A stretch of 64,000 nt of DNA from Octopus sinensis (GCF_006345805.1 NC_043001.1:86056001-86120000), one strand, 5' to 3'; shown: positions 28,413 through 42,766, counted from the first letter of the stretch. Program-made: numbers and translations. The notes: generated from the sequence alone by a model not told the origin.

Positions 28413-29402
28413 TATATATATATATATATATATTTCATTTTCAAGTTTCTCTCTACATATTTTCCTGTAGAAATCAGAGACAACATTAAAAGTTACGACT
28501 TTGCATATACGAATTCGTCCCTATAATCAAACCAATATAGACAAAAATAGGTCATGAATCCATATGCATGTTTCAAGAGTTATTCCAATATATATATATA
28601 AAATGTGGAGATAAACATCAAGATGAGAACATCGCACTGCCAACACAAAAGTAAGGCACAGTATAGAGTTGTTAACCTCTAGTATACTTAGTCGTATATC
28701 ATGGTTGCAAAACCAGGTACTGCGTCATTGCTGGAAATTATATATATATGTATATATATATGGTATATATAAATGGCGGTGCCCCAGCATGGCCACAGCT
28801 CATAAGCTGAAACTAGAATCAATCAATCAATCAATCAATCATATATATATATATCAAAGGATTGTTACAGAAGACAGAGTGTACGGAAGCTTTATCAAGT
28901 ACAACGATCGTTTCGGCTTACTTCTGCACCTTAGCTGATGGGAAACGATATAATGGAATCGAATGCGCCCCATGGTGCAGAAGAAACCTCCTCAGGTTGC
29001 ATAATAAGCATCAGTGCTATAAGATGTACATTTCGCTAAAATGTATCGCAGGATGATGTTGGTAGTATAAGTGCGTTTGTAGTGGGTTGCGAAGGCTTGG
29101 CAAGTATCACCGCTAGCGGGGACTCACTACTCTGGACTGGTGACGGACAAGACACAGTAACATGAATGTCTTCAGGTTGCTAGTCCTAGCTGGTGGGGGT
29201 GCTTGCCTCCCCTTTGCAAATATAAGGACACAGGAAATGTGTCAAAGCCGATAGGAAGCGTGGATGCTTCCTAGGGCTATATAGCGGTGGTGTAACTCCC
29301 TATACGGGACTGTCACGTTATGTTGACTTTATACAACCCCTCTATACATACATATATACATACATATATATGTATATATATAGATATACATACATATATA
29401 TA

Positions 29403-29465
<63 letters not shown>

Positions 29466-29748
29466 GGAGGCGCAATGGCCTAGTGGTTAGGGCAGCGGAC
29501 TCGCGGTCGCAGGATCGCGGTTTCGATTCCCAGACCGGGCGTTGTGAGTCTTTATTGAGCGAAAACACCTAAAAGGTCCACTAGGCTCCGGCAGGGGAAG
29601 GTGATCCCTGCTGTACTCTTTCATCACTCTTTCTCCCACTCTTTCTTCTGTTGGCCTGCTCGCTTTGCCAGCGGGGTGGCGTCATTCGAAGGCTAAAACA
29701 ATGCGAACGCATTGTGACCAGCATCTGATGGTCTGGTCGGTCACGTGA
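29466..29748 (+). mobile_element. tRNA-derived SINE (family B)
   Basis: ggcgcaatggcctagtggttagggcagcggactc...ggtttcgattccc head, within (TA)n. Confidence 0.85.
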
Positions 29749-29974
29749 TATATATATATATATATTATATATATATATATATTTAAATTTAAGTCACCAT
29801 ATAGGAATTCAACTAATCCGGTGGTACTCATAAAAAATGCTCCTTAATGCCTCATCCTACAAACCATAGAATATTTAATAGGATACGAGAGAAAACCATA
29901 AGGTATTGCTTTAAAAGATTATTTATATAAAGATTATTTATATTAAGACAGTCAGACAGATAGAAATATATATA

Positions 29975-30008
<34 letters not shown>

Positions 30009-30288
30009 CACACACGCACAGCCAGGTACTCATTTCATGAACATATTCCCGAACAGATGTATAGAATTATGTATAAGCATAGGTGCTCATACATATATAA
30101 ATACATAGAAGCATACATACAGACATATGCATATATATATACTCAGACATATACACCTATCCACAAACACACACTTACATATATTAGATATATGTATGTA
30201 TGTGCATGTGTGCGCATATACATTTGCGTTTACGTATGTATTAGTGTGAATGTATGTATGGATATATGTGTGTATTTGTGCATATATG

Positions 30289-30348
<60 letters not shown>

Positions 30349-30617
30349 CATACATACATACATACATACATACATACATACATGCACATATATATATATA
30401 TATACACACACAGATAAACATAGTTATATGTATAGATAATGAAAACAAATATAATAATCATGCGAATATATCTAAAGTAATTTGTTCATATCATGCATCT
30501 TACTTGGTAAACGTGATATTAATTAATATTTCCAGCAATAAGTTTAACAAATCTTTAATGATGACTCAAGCAAAATCACACTTGGAAATATTACTAATTT
30601 TATATACAGGTTTCCTA

Positions 30618-31180
30618 TTTTAGCACAAAGCCAGCCAATCAGGGGAGGATTAAGTCGATTACATTGACCCCGGTGTTCAAGTAGTACTAATGTTATCAAC
30701 CCTAAAAGACTAAATTTGATTTAAAACATTAAGTCGGGAAGAAATTTGAACCTAAAACGTTAAGTCGGAAAAAATACCTATTTCTTTATTACCCACAAGG
30801 GGCTAAACACAGAGAGGACACACAAAGACAGACAAATGAATTAAGTCGATTATATCGACCCCAGTGCATAACTGGTACTTATTTTATCGACCCCGAAAGG
30901 ATGAAAGGCAAATTCGACCTCGGCGGAATTTGAACTCAGAACATAGCGGCAGACGAAATAACCTGTTTCTTTACTACCCATAAGGGGCTAAACACAGAGA
31001 GGACAGACAAACGGATTAAGGTCGATTATATCGTCCCCAGTGAGTAACTGGTACTTATTTAATCGATTCCGAAAGGATGAAAGGCAAAGTCGACCTCGGC
31101 GGGATTTGAACTCAGAACACAAAGACAGATGAAATACCGCTGAGCATTTTGCCCGGCGTGCTAATGATTTTGCCAGCTCA
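30618..31180 (-). mobile_element. Head-to-tail array of SINE family C copies
   Basis: Repeated gtcgattatatcg...gacctcggc...tttgaactcagaac units with a period of about 180 bp. Confidence 0.8.
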
Positions 31181-31209
31181 TTACCTTCTACTCATTTTAT
31201 ATGATAATG

Positions 31210-31403
31210 ATTGCAGCGTGAAAGGTGTTTGTAAGCCATTTAAGAAACACACAAAAGCCGTTCGATTCACTTCAACATTTAAGTTTAATTTGTCAAAATA
31301 TTTTCGTCGCTATAAGACCGCGACCTCTTCACTGACAAAAATCCGTGCTGCACGGCTTTTGTGTGTTTCTTAAATGGCTTACAAACACCTTCCACGCTGC
31401 AAT
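31210..31403. mobile_element. 52-bp inverted repeats enclosing a hammerhead-like motif (31291-31337, -)
   Basis: Arms 31210-31261 and 31352-31403. Inner minus strand TGTCA-GTGAAGA-G-GTCGC..GCGAC-GAA-AATATT-T-TGACA. Confidence 0.7.
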
Positions 31404-31507
31404 TATTTTCGTTCCAGCACACGATCTCAGATCAAATCACTTGCTATGCAAGTACATCTCCGTAATATATAATAAGGTATGTTTTGAAAATAGATATATT
31501 TATTGTA

Positions 31508-31686
31508 GGCGTAGGAGTGGCTGTGAGGTAAGTAGCTTGCTTACCAGCCACATGGTTCCGGGTTCAGTCCCGCTGCGTGGCACCTTGTGCAAGTGTCTTC
31601 TACTATAGTCTCGGGCCTACCAAAACCTCGTGAGCGGATTTGGTAGCGGAAACTAAAAGAAGCCCGTCGTATATATATATATATAT

Positions 31687-31727
<41 letters not shown>

Positions 31728-31936
31728 CGCGTATGTTTGTGTGTATATGTTTGTGTGTCTGTGTTTGTCCCCCCCCCAACATCGCTTGACAACCGATGCT
31801 GGTGTGGTTACGTCCCCGTAACTTAGTGGTTCGGCAAAAGCGACCAATAGAATAAGTACTGAGCTTACAAAGAATAAGTCCTGGAGTTGATTTGCTCGAA
31901 TAAATGACTGAAACTAGTAAAAGAGTAAAAAGAGAG
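31508..31936 (+). mobile_element. SINE family A, complete bipartite copy with an internal TA/TG tract
   Basis: tRNA-like head gtggctgtgaggtaag...gggttcagtccc. Other 5' halves at 37255-37432 (-) and 42554-42705 (+). Confidence 0.85.
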
Positions 31937-32014
31937 TATTCTGGACACATGGTCCTGTTTTTAGAACGCACAGCAGTAAAGCGAAGTATTGTAACGACGT
32001 CATTTGATAGTACC

Positions 32015-32054
<40 letters not shown>

Positions 32055-32908
32055 AATGGTAACTTAGTTACTGCTTGCATACAAACCGGTGAAATGTCTA
32101 TTATATTACAATGCTAACGATTGATTTCTCTTTTATAAACAATATGTCACGCCGTGAACTAGAGATGCTGCAGGTGTTTGTACGGTAGAGAGAGAGAGGG
32201 GTAGAGGCATTCAAACGAACACTACAGCATATACACAGACTCAAACACATACGAGCGCCCTTGGCGCGCGCTTACACACAACTATACATGGGGTAAGCAA
32301 GTAGAAAATAACACCGGAAAGCACGTAATCTGAAAACATCGAAACTATGCCAACGGATATTGAAAGAAGCAGAGTAAAGATATACAAATCTCACGTTTAC
32401 TAAGAGGCTGTAAGTACTTTATTGTGAGTAAATATGAAGAAAGCAAAACCAATCTTGATAAAGAATATGGAATGCTATGAAGACTGTGATGTTTTAGTAA
32501 ATTCTTTGAAATAGAAACGGAAAGAAACCATAGTGACGTTTCGATGCTTTTGAAGAATGATACATGCTGAGATATTCGTTCATAAACACATAATTATATC
32601 GTGTTTATTAGTGTGTTTGTGTGTGTGTGTGTGTGTGTGCGTGTGTGTGTGTGTGTAGAATACACGTGCATTGGATTGTCTGTATTTTTGCGTTTGAGAA
32701 TATTTGCATATGTGAAGAGGTGATGCATGCTTAAATTTATGACTTTATATTGCCTTAACTCTTTATAACATGGCAAGTTATCAAGTACTGGCTGGCTACA
32801 TGTCTATTGATGAGACACAGACACTCACAGAATTACATACGTCACCACACTAAGACATTCGTATGTATGTACATATGTGAGTGGATATGTATGCATATAT
32901 ATATATAA

Positions 32909-32961
<53 letters not shown>

Positions 32962-33057
32962 TATATATATTATTTATATCATTATTTGATTGAACGCCAT
33001 GCATCCATTTCAAAGTAAGTTTATCTATCTATATATGTATATATATATATATATATC

Positions 33058-33168
<111 letters not shown>

Positions 33169-34352
33169 TGTTTAATATACACTAATATATTCGGAGCTAC
33201 AATAATTTCAATGTCCCTGGTAGAACAATATTCCATAATATTCTATAATGTTCTATCGGGCCATTATATAAATACGAATATATATATGCATGTGTGTGTG
33301 TGTGTGCGGCGTGATTGTGTCTGTGTAAGTGTGTGTGTGTGTCTGTGTGTGTGTATGTGTGTATGTGTGTGTGTGTGTGTGTTGAACAGCTTTCCATTCA
33401 AATATGTTGTATCCAAGACACGACTTCATCGAATGTTAATTATATATTTTTTCTGTTTTAAATATTTCCTTTCGTAATTTTTGCTCAACATTTCTGAGTC
33501 TATAAATTTTGTCAGGACGTTCGGTCTTCATCTTCAGAAGAAAGTGCTGACGATCGAGCGTTGTTACAGCTTTTAAACTCTTTGTGGTTAAATCCAGATT
33601 ATTTTCAGCATGTATACACACACATTCACACATTCACGCATACACACACACACACACACATATGTACATATGCATATATATATGACTAGTATGTGTGCGG
33701 TATGAAGTCCCACAAGTAGCATAACGATCAATTAAGTGCGTTAAGTTATTATCAATAAAAACCACAAAAGCCTTCGTGAAAAATAATTTCCAAAGATCTC
33801 CTGGCAGGAATGTTAAGTTGTTCGCCATTTATCAAGCTTGTAAAACCAACAAGATGGTTTGGTATTTGCGTTCGAAGTCATCGACGTGTGAATGAGCACG
33901 CTCATTTAGAAAAAGACAGAGGGAAATCAAGGGGATATAATTAACTTCACACGGAAAAAGGCCAGTATTTTACGAATATCAAAAGTTACATAACCCAACA
34001 CTGCATCTCAAAAGTCAGTTCTTCTCAGGTTAATGGCAATAGAAATTCTAGGCTGGAATCAACGGTTTCCTGAAGGAATCCATTGCGTGACCACCAGAAC
34101 TGAGTCACACTGCCAAAGCAATGTCACACAGTTGCGATAGCCGCGCTATATATTGATATTGTGGTTGGGGAATTTTGAATCTAGATGGATTGATATATAT
34201 ATAAAACAAACAAATTGAATATATCTGTAATACGATACAAACCCACTGGGACATTGGATATTTCAAAGGTGTTATCTTTTTTTAATCCAAATAGATTCGC
34301 CACTAAATAAGTGTCTTGCGTGCGTGCGTGCATAAATGAGTGTATTTCTTGG

Positions 34353-34560
34353 TCATTGAGGCTTAAAACTAGCGTGCAATTTTAACGTATCGCACAGCAA
34401 GGATTCAGATATTGACGGGTAGAAATCTATAATATCAGACTGTTTCACATTTGGTTTACTTTTATTGTGGATGGATATCACAGAGAAGGTATTGGTCTGT
34501 AATAACAGGTTCAAAGATTCCTTAGTCTTATCATTAATTGTCAAACAAGTCGGGCCCAAA
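34353..34560 (-). pseudogene. Penelope-like RT fragment
   Basis: INDKTKESLNL..QTNT..VI...DIIDFYPSISESLL is the PLE RT motif-A region. Confidence 0.8.
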
Positions 34561-34666
34561 TGGAAACTTCACAATCAAGTGGAAATAGAACCCCTTTGCA
34601 TCAAGTGATGTATACCTGGTCGATCAAAGATTAAAATCTGGTCGATTAGATTTGCGCATGCACACA

Positions 34667-34704
<38 letters not shown>

Positions 34705-35237
34705 TGTACCCACATATAAATTAATATATATAAATATACACAAATATATATGCAGGATTAACAGCTCTAAGATTCCTAGAGGGTCGAGTTTTAAGGAATT
34801 AAAGACGTGGGCGATTTTGTGATTCAGGGGGAATTTTGAAAAACAAGGGGGAATTCGAGGCGGTGTTCAGTGAACAAATTAAACACACTGCCCGCGAACC
34901 GATCAAGTTTATGTATAAATATTCTTTTTATATGTTTGTTTCCTTTTACACAATATTAAAACAACGGCTAAAAGTTTTCTGAAGCAACTAATTTTATCTA
35001 CGAGCCGCTACTGAAAAGAACAATAATTATATTCAAGTCTATATAATAATCAAAGAACATTCTCACTCGTAATATAATTTACAAGAGAAAATTTTATTAC
35101 TCTTCAAGAATTTTGGTAAAACAAAACTAATAACAAAAAAATCAATTAAAAATATTCATGAGTTTTGAGAAAATGAGAGGAGAGTGGCAGAAATTATTTT
35201 GTCTAGGTAAAATCTTGGTTATAGTAACTAGCAATCG

Positions 35238-35410
35238 TTAAACGAAATCATTGATGAAAGTTCTAGCATCGGAAAAAGCCCTGTGTTCGAGAATGTTGAT
35301 ATGAAAACTATACGTGAGTTATTAAATTCACATTCAAAAGACCTAAATGGGGACGATCTTATTGAATTCAGGCGTCAACGGAAATACGAAAGCGAATGAG
35401 CAGAGAAATG
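35238..35410 (+). pseudogene. Tigger-like transposase C-terminal remnant
   Basis: LNEIIDESSSIGKSPVFENVDMKTIRELLNSHSKDLNGDDLIEF resembles the Tigger C-terminal ELL.SH..EL...DLIE motif. Confidence 0.55.
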
Positions 35411-36730
35411 TGTGAAAAAACGGAAAATGTCTCAATGAAAATAGCACCGATAAAGATTTATTTATTTATTTATTTGTTTATTTATTTGTTTGTTTAGTCG
35501 CCATATAGAGTTTTCCAAGCAACGATAATTGTACATTCATCTGTATGTCGATAGAAGTATACTTGTTCACCGAGGCAACTAAATTGATTACTATTGGAAA
35601 AATATATGCCGGAAAAAAAAGAGAAATTAAAGCTATTCTATTCGTTCTTGATAATATTTCTCAAAAATTATTTAAAATAATTCTAAATTGGTTTTATTTT
35701 GTAGGATTAATTTTAATTATTCTCGTCGATTATTATTTGATTAAAGCGATTTTAGTGTACACGTAAGCATCGGGAAATTAATTTAACCCTCTTCACCACA
35801 CACACAAATATATGCATATCTATATAAATAAGTGTGTGCGCGCGTGTGTATGTGTGTTTAGATAGATAGATAGTTTCGTACATACATACACATATGTACA
35901 TAGACATATGTAGACAGATATGTGTGTGTGTACGTGTGTGTATGTGTGTGTGTGTGTGTATGAATGTATGTATACATTTACTAAATTGTTGATACGTACG
36001 AGACGACTCGTTATTGCAACTGTGTATTTACAACAAAACTGAACAAATAAGTGCGCTATAAAAAATAATATAGCAATCAATTGAATCTAAGCTAGTTGAT
36101 ATTAAAAATATCTAATTAAAATTCTTCAGACCTAAATGAATTCGTTTCTGCTGTTCTTCGTTAGAGTAAAGAGAAATTTTTATGGACGCGCTTAATATTT
36201 GAAGTAACTTTGATCTGTTTATTTCTCAAGAAAAGACGAAATGTAGAAGTGAGTCTCTTATAAATGTGGATAACGAAAAAGACTGTTAAAAATATAAACA
36301 TGTGTGGAATATACTTAAGTTATTCTTCGTAGAAAATTACTGGTAATCATGAACATTTTCAAGTGCTCAACCTCTTAGTGAAGGACCTGATAGTTACTCA
36401 AGCAAATAACAGTTCTAATTTTGACGCAAGACCAGTAATTTTTGAGGCAGGCAAGTCGATTGTATAGACACCACCTCCCAGTAACTTTACTGGTACTTAT
36501 TGTGTAGACCCTGAGAGGATGAAAGGTAATGTCGATCTGGGCGGATTGTGAATTCAGAATGAAAAGATGGAAGATATGCCGCTAAGCATTTTGTCCGGAG
36601 TGCTAATGATTAGGACGATTCGCCGCTTTAAATACTCACGTACTTAATATAATGTAATACATTATATCATTTCATTATGCAAAATCTGAATTTGTCACAT
36701 GAGTGCTCATGTTACAAATATATAATCCTT

Positions 36731-37256
36731 TTGCTCATTAGGGCCGGTTTCCAGGTTTCTTTGGCGTATAGGTTCCCCACCTGGACGGGACGCCGGTCCG
36801 TCGCAGGTGAGCTGCAAGATGCAGGACGAAAGAGTGGGAGAAAGTTGTGGCGAAAGAGTCAGCAGAAGTTCGCTATTACCTTCTGCCGGAGCCGCGTGGA
36901 GCTTAGGTGTTTCGCTCATAAACACACACATCGCTCGGTCTGAGATTCGAACCCGCGATCCCTCGACCGCCAGTCCGCTGTTCTAACCACTATGCCATGT
37001 GCCTCCACTAAATATATAATCATGATAATAAAGCTATCTAATAATGAGATTCGAACCCGCGATCCCTCGACCGCGAATCCGCTGTTCTAACCACTAGGCT
37101 ATGTACCTCCACTATAAGTATATATCATGATAATAAAGCTATCTAATATAATGAGATTCGAACCCGCGATCCCTCGACCGCGAATCCGCTGTTCTAACCA
37201 CTAGGCTATGTACCTCCACTAAATATATAATCGCGATAATAAAGCAATCTAATAAT
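36731..37256 (-). mobile_element. SINE family B (36731-37008) with its tRNA-like head plus flank triplicated
   Basis: Units start at 36941, 37045 and 37152. Confidence 0.85.
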
Positions 37257-38015
37257 ATGTGCACAGGCACAGACATGGCTGTGTGGCTAAAATATTCGCT
37301 GCAAAACCACGTGTTTTCGGTTTCAATTCAAATGTGTGCCATTCTGAACAAGTACTCTTTACTATAGTCCCGAGCCGCCCAGTGCCTTGTGGATGAATTT
37401 GGTAGATGTAAACTATGAGAAGCTCGTCGTTTATATTTGTATGTCTTCGGGCTTGTGTATCTGTTTGTCTGTACATGACATGACATCGGTAATTTTTCAA
37501 CTCAAAGACGAAGTACGACAAAAATTCGACAGCAATTAAAGTGCTGAATTTAAAACTTCTAATCCCTTAAACATCACACCATTATCTACCGAGACAAACA
37601 AAAGGGTTGGTTTTAATTCTTATAATAATCCTTGATTCTTACGGGCGTGTTTTATAATCCATACACAAAGGCGATGAAGCTATAGATAGTGAAAGAGAGA
37701 AAATTCATTGAGAAACATGGATCGAGAAACGAAGACAAACTAACGAATTGTTAAATATATACATATGCTCACAAACAAATATACGTATTTTTGTTTTTCA
37801 GTGTGTGCATATGAAAATACATTTTTTTTTTCATTTTTTATCACTTATTTGTTTCAGTCATTGGTCTATACGAGATGCTTTCTCAAGGCGAATACTAAAA
37901 TATCATGGCATTCTACAAGTATATCCACGTTAACTTGGATATAAAGATTGTAGATAGTTACTTGGTACTAATACTGACTCCGTCACTAATGACTATATAT
38001 TTTTGAATCTTAGTA

Positions 38016-40095
38016 CAGGCATACCTCGGCTGAAGTCGTTTCGATTTAAGTCGTTCTCGATTATACGTCGGTTTTCAAAAATAATATATGGAAAAATAAA
38101 TATCAGGTTAAGTCATTTTACTCGACTTTACCTCTGTCCACCACAAATATTGGAGCCGTAAGATCAACAGAAAACCGTTAAAGGTACATAAGATCATGTT
38201 ACTGTAAAATAAATACGAATAAAAGCATATGAAATCACATTAAAATACGTACAGTAAATGTTAAACTACACACCATACAGTAGTGTAGCTTAATGAACGA
38301 AATACATGAAATCAGCTGTGTTGTCTTATTTATTGGTCTTTCGGAACTCATATTGCACTGTAGTTCCAATATTTACCGGTAGGCGTCGGTGTCACTCGTG
38401 ATTCCTGCGATTGTTTTGAATTCAGATTTGCTTACGTCTGTTTATCGGCTACTTTCTCATCCTCATTTATTTTACCCCCATGGATCCTAAGAAAATTCGT
38501 AGTGAAACTACGAAGCGTCATGCTATAACGCTGGAAGATAAACTGAGTATGATAAATCGCCATGAAAAAGGTGAAAAAGTAGCAATTGCACGATCTTTTG
38601 GAGTGAGTCGGACAACTGTATCGACGATTGTACATAATAAGGACAACATTTTAGCACGTATCAAATCTGAAACCCCAAGGATGAAGAACGCTGTTATCAA
38701 TGAAAAAGTGGCAAAATCTTTGAAGAAATGGAAAGTCTTCTTTCTCTTTGGATTGTTAGGTTGAATCGTCAGAGTACTACTATGAGTCAAGAAATCATTC
38801 AAAAGAAAACGTTGTCTTTGAGAACCTGAAGAAAAAAATATGCAGATGAAAAAGACGTAAAGTTCAAAGCATGTCGAGGATGGTTCATGAGACTTAACGG
38901 GCAAAGAAGTCATCACTCCATTAAGAAGCAAGGTGAAAGTGCATCAGCTGACGAACTAGCAGCAGCGGAATTTCCTAATGCATTAAAGAAAATCATCGAA
39001 GACAACGGGTTTCTTCCCGAACTGATTTTTAACGTAGACGAAACTGGGTTGTGCTGGAAAAACTTGCCAGATCGTTTATTCATTTCCCAGGAGGAGAAAA
39101 CTATTTCAGGCTACAAGGTCTCAAAAGAACATGTGACCATTATATTGGGAGGTAATTGTGCAGGAGATTTTAAGTTAAAGCCATGGCTTGTGTATCATGC
39201 ACACAACTTTCGTGCCCTGAAAAACATATCCAAGGCATCACTCCCTGTTAAATGGATAGTTAATTCAAAACATGAGTTACCGTTGTTGTTTTTGAAGATT
39301 AGTTCTTCTCATCATCTTTCTTGGTGGATTACGGGTACGCGCAAAGAGCTAGAAATGGATTTGGAAGGAGGAGGATTTCACTGATTTATTTGAAAAAGAC
39401 CATCATCCCCTGACGAACGAGGATTGATAAAGAAGAGGAAATTCGAATCTGAGCCCCATCACTACACCATTAATAAAATGCAGGAAGCATTTGCATATAT
39501 CGAAAAAAGTCTTTCTATGTTCGAGGATATGAATCCATATGCTCAACACTTTTCCAAGATTACGGGGAGCTTGTCACGAAACTTTTGCTCCTTAAAATGT
39601 AATCCTTGAGAAAAAGAAGACAAATCACGAAACCCTCAACCGGTTTTGTAAGCGCATCGAAAAATAAGAACAGCCCAGAGTCAGCTGTTGATGTTGACGA
39701 TCCACAGCCATCTACATCCGCGGTGTAAACCACCAAACTGTATGTACGTATTAGTAAATTTAAAATAATTTAGTTGTTTTTTTTTTTACTATTGCAAAAT
39801 AGTAGTAATTACTGAATTTGTATTTTAAGCTTAAAAATACTTATATTTTATCATGTCTTATTTCAAAACGCATTCATAAATAAAGCGTCCGCGATGTACG
39901 GTAAACACCGCCAAAACGTATTCGTAAATTTACATTACATTTTTTTTTACTATACCGTATTAAAAAAGAAAAATTATTTGTACAGAATCGGGAATAGTTG
40001 TTATCAGTTCAGCCTAGAGACAGGTGAATTCGACTTAAGTCGTTTAAAGTCGTCTCTCCTGTAACCAATTAACAACGTAGGGTCAGGTATGCCTG
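38016..40095 (+). mobile_element. Tigger/pogo-family DNA transposon with a disrupted transposase
   Basis: TIR caggcatacct / aggtatgcctg, with TA on the left and TG on the right. CENP-B-type HTH (38480-38764) and IFNVDETGLCWK...DFKLKP DDE region (38887-39290); the later catalytic region is missing. Confidence 0.9.
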
Positions 40096-41597
40096 TGTTT
40101 ATAAGTGTATTTATGAGTCGCATTTTCATAAATATATATATATATATATATATAATATATCCATTTAACACATTCAACCTTACGTGAATTGAGGATAATT
40201 CAGAACAGCGAAGTCTCAAGATATGAAAGATAAAAAGGTATATCAAATATATGTTCATATCATCAGCTGCCTAACGGATATCATTATGCTTTCGACACCT
40301 GGGAAGTACAATTCAATGTAACGGTGTCAAAGCTCACTGCTAATTAATAGAGAAGTAGCATGAGTGACACATTAGCATAATATGCCCATTGCGTCTACAC
40401 CAGTTTAGCATCACACCTACAAAGATAGATTAAAAATAAAATTAAATTAGACCGATTGCTACAAAGCATAAATTTCAAAAACAGTACCTACAAACAAAGG
40501 AATTTCTCCAAAAAGAACATTGCTGTTTCAAAAATTACACTAGCGAATTAAAAATGTTGAGCAATATGTACTAAATCACCGATACATAACATAGAAAATA
40601 ATATTTATTTTTTTCTTTGAGAAAACTGTAACTCGAAGCATTTCTTCTTCATTACAATTATCATCTTCAATATCTTTTGTTATTGTGATTGTAGTTGTTG
40701 TAGGTGGTATTATAATTATTGTTGTTAATGTTATTATTATTATTGCATCTGCTTAATGTTGAAGAAATTTTCGATAATGTTTGTATTTATAGCGATACAA
40801 ATACTCAAGTATATGGTTGTGTATGAATGTATATGTGTGTATGAAGGTGAATAGATGTACATGTGAGGGTGGGTATGTGTATATATGTGTGTGTGTGCGC
40901 GCATGTGTGCGAGTGAGTGAGGCTGTGCGTAGTGAAAGAGAGAGAGAATGAGTGTGGTGTGACAAAGGGGAGTGACAAAGAGGAGTGAAACATTAAAAAA
41001 AGCTTAAGAATGATTAAGGCATCATATTAAAAGATTAGTAACAAAAGGATACAATAAAAAGGATTTTATTTTACTCTCGGGTCAGAAAAATTATGTTCTA
41101 TATCGGATAGATAAGATCAGCTGATCAAATGTTTACGTTGAACACTTCAACTTGGGTTATTAGTTTTGTTTTATTACACATACCTTTACAGCTAGATTTG
41201 TGCGCGCATGTGTGATGTGTATGCACGCATGCGTGTGCGTGTTTATCGATGTGGGTATGAGTGTCTGTATTTCTTTATATACATAATATGTATATATATA
41301 TAAAGAAATACAGACACAGACACATATTATCGATAAACACGTACACTAGCAGACATGCCCGCGTTGCTCGGGAGTAATGTGGCATAATTTATATTTCTTG
41401 TTTTACTTGTTTCGGTCATGTGACTGCGGTCATGGTGGAGCAACACCTTAGTCAAAAAAGGGGACCCAAGGAATTATTCTTTGTATGCCAAGTAGTTATT
41501 CTATCGGTGTGTTTTGCCAAACGGCTAAGTTATGGGGAGTAAACACAGTAACATCGGTTGTCAAGCGATGATGGGGGAACAAGCATACACACACACC

Positions 41598-41651
<54 letters not shown>

Positions 41652-41783
41652 CTATATATACATGTATATATGTATATATACATATATATCTATATAAATA
41701 TTATACATATATATACATATATATATACATACATATATATATCATACATGTATATATATATACATGTAGATATATATATATAT

Positions 41784-41844
<61 letters not shown>

Positions 41845-41845
<1 letters not shown>

Positions 41846-42420
41846 TGCTTCTGCACATTGCTCATGAGGTCCTACCAGAATCGCAATGTGAGTTTTGGGA
41901 TAGTAGGAGTTACTATGGATATGATATTTTCGGCTATACAGTTGCACGAGAAGTGCATCGAACAGGTTTTCATTGATCTAACAAAAGCGTTTGATTCTAT
42001 CAATAGAATTGCACTTTGGGAGATCCTAAAAAAGCTAGGATGCCCTGAAAAATTTGTGAGAATGTTTAGACAATTTCATGACAAGATAGAAGTGAGAGTT
42101 AATGTTGGAGGTACCTTATCAGATCCAATTGCTGTAGAAAATGGTGTAAAGCAAAGTGATATTCCTGTTCGTACACGGTTTGCTTTATATTTCGCAGTAG
42201 TCTTTCAAATAGCTTTTAAATACTTTCCTAAAGGGGTCTATGTAAGATATAGGACAACAGGAAAACTGTTCAATCTCAAAAGACTCTGTGCCAAAACGAA
42301 AGTCCTGCATTCTCAACTTGTTGAGCTTCTGTATGTGGTTGATTGTGACCTGTTGGCACATTCTCAGAGAGATATGCCGAACATGGTGCATGCGATTTCT
42401 GCAACATCTCCATTTTCTGA
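41845..42420 (+). pseudogene. RTE-clade LINE RT fragment
   Basis: VFIDLTKAFDSINR..LWEIL.KLGCPEKF, ENGVKQ, YRTTGKLFNLKRL. The YADD motif is degraded to YVVD. Confidence 0.88.
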
Positions 42421-42449
42421 ATTTTAATTTGAATATTTATAAACCAAGC

Positions 42450-42482
<33 letters not shown>

Positions 42483-42705
42483 TGTGGTGTGTGTGTGTGT
42501 ATGCGCCTGTGTATGCATGTATGTACGTATGTATGTGTGTCTTTATGTGTGGTAGGCGCAGGAGTGGCTGTGTGGTAAGAAGCTCCTTTCCTAACCACAT
42601 GGTTCTAGATTCAGTCCCAATATGTGGCATCTTCTACTCTAGCCTCAGGCCAACCAAAGCCTTGCGAGTGGATATGATAGACAAAAACTGAAAGAAGCCC
42701 GTTGT

Positions 42706-42766
<61 letters not shown>

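Noticed and set aside
29466-29540. tRNA-like sequences (also at 26530-26605, 36941-37220, 43365 and 63256)
   Set aside because: They are SINE heads continuous with SINE bodies, and I could not fold a convincing cloverleaf.
35705-35762. 58-nt exon-like segment with good splice sites (LILIILVDYYLIKAILVY)
   Set aside because: Its exit phase (2) does not match the 56317 exon (1). It could be a UTR exon but nothing here supports that.
36941-37256. Regularly spaced repeats resembling a CRISPR array
   Set aside because: The units are about 105-bp whole-unit duplications with no unique spacers, in a eukaryotic context with no cas genes.
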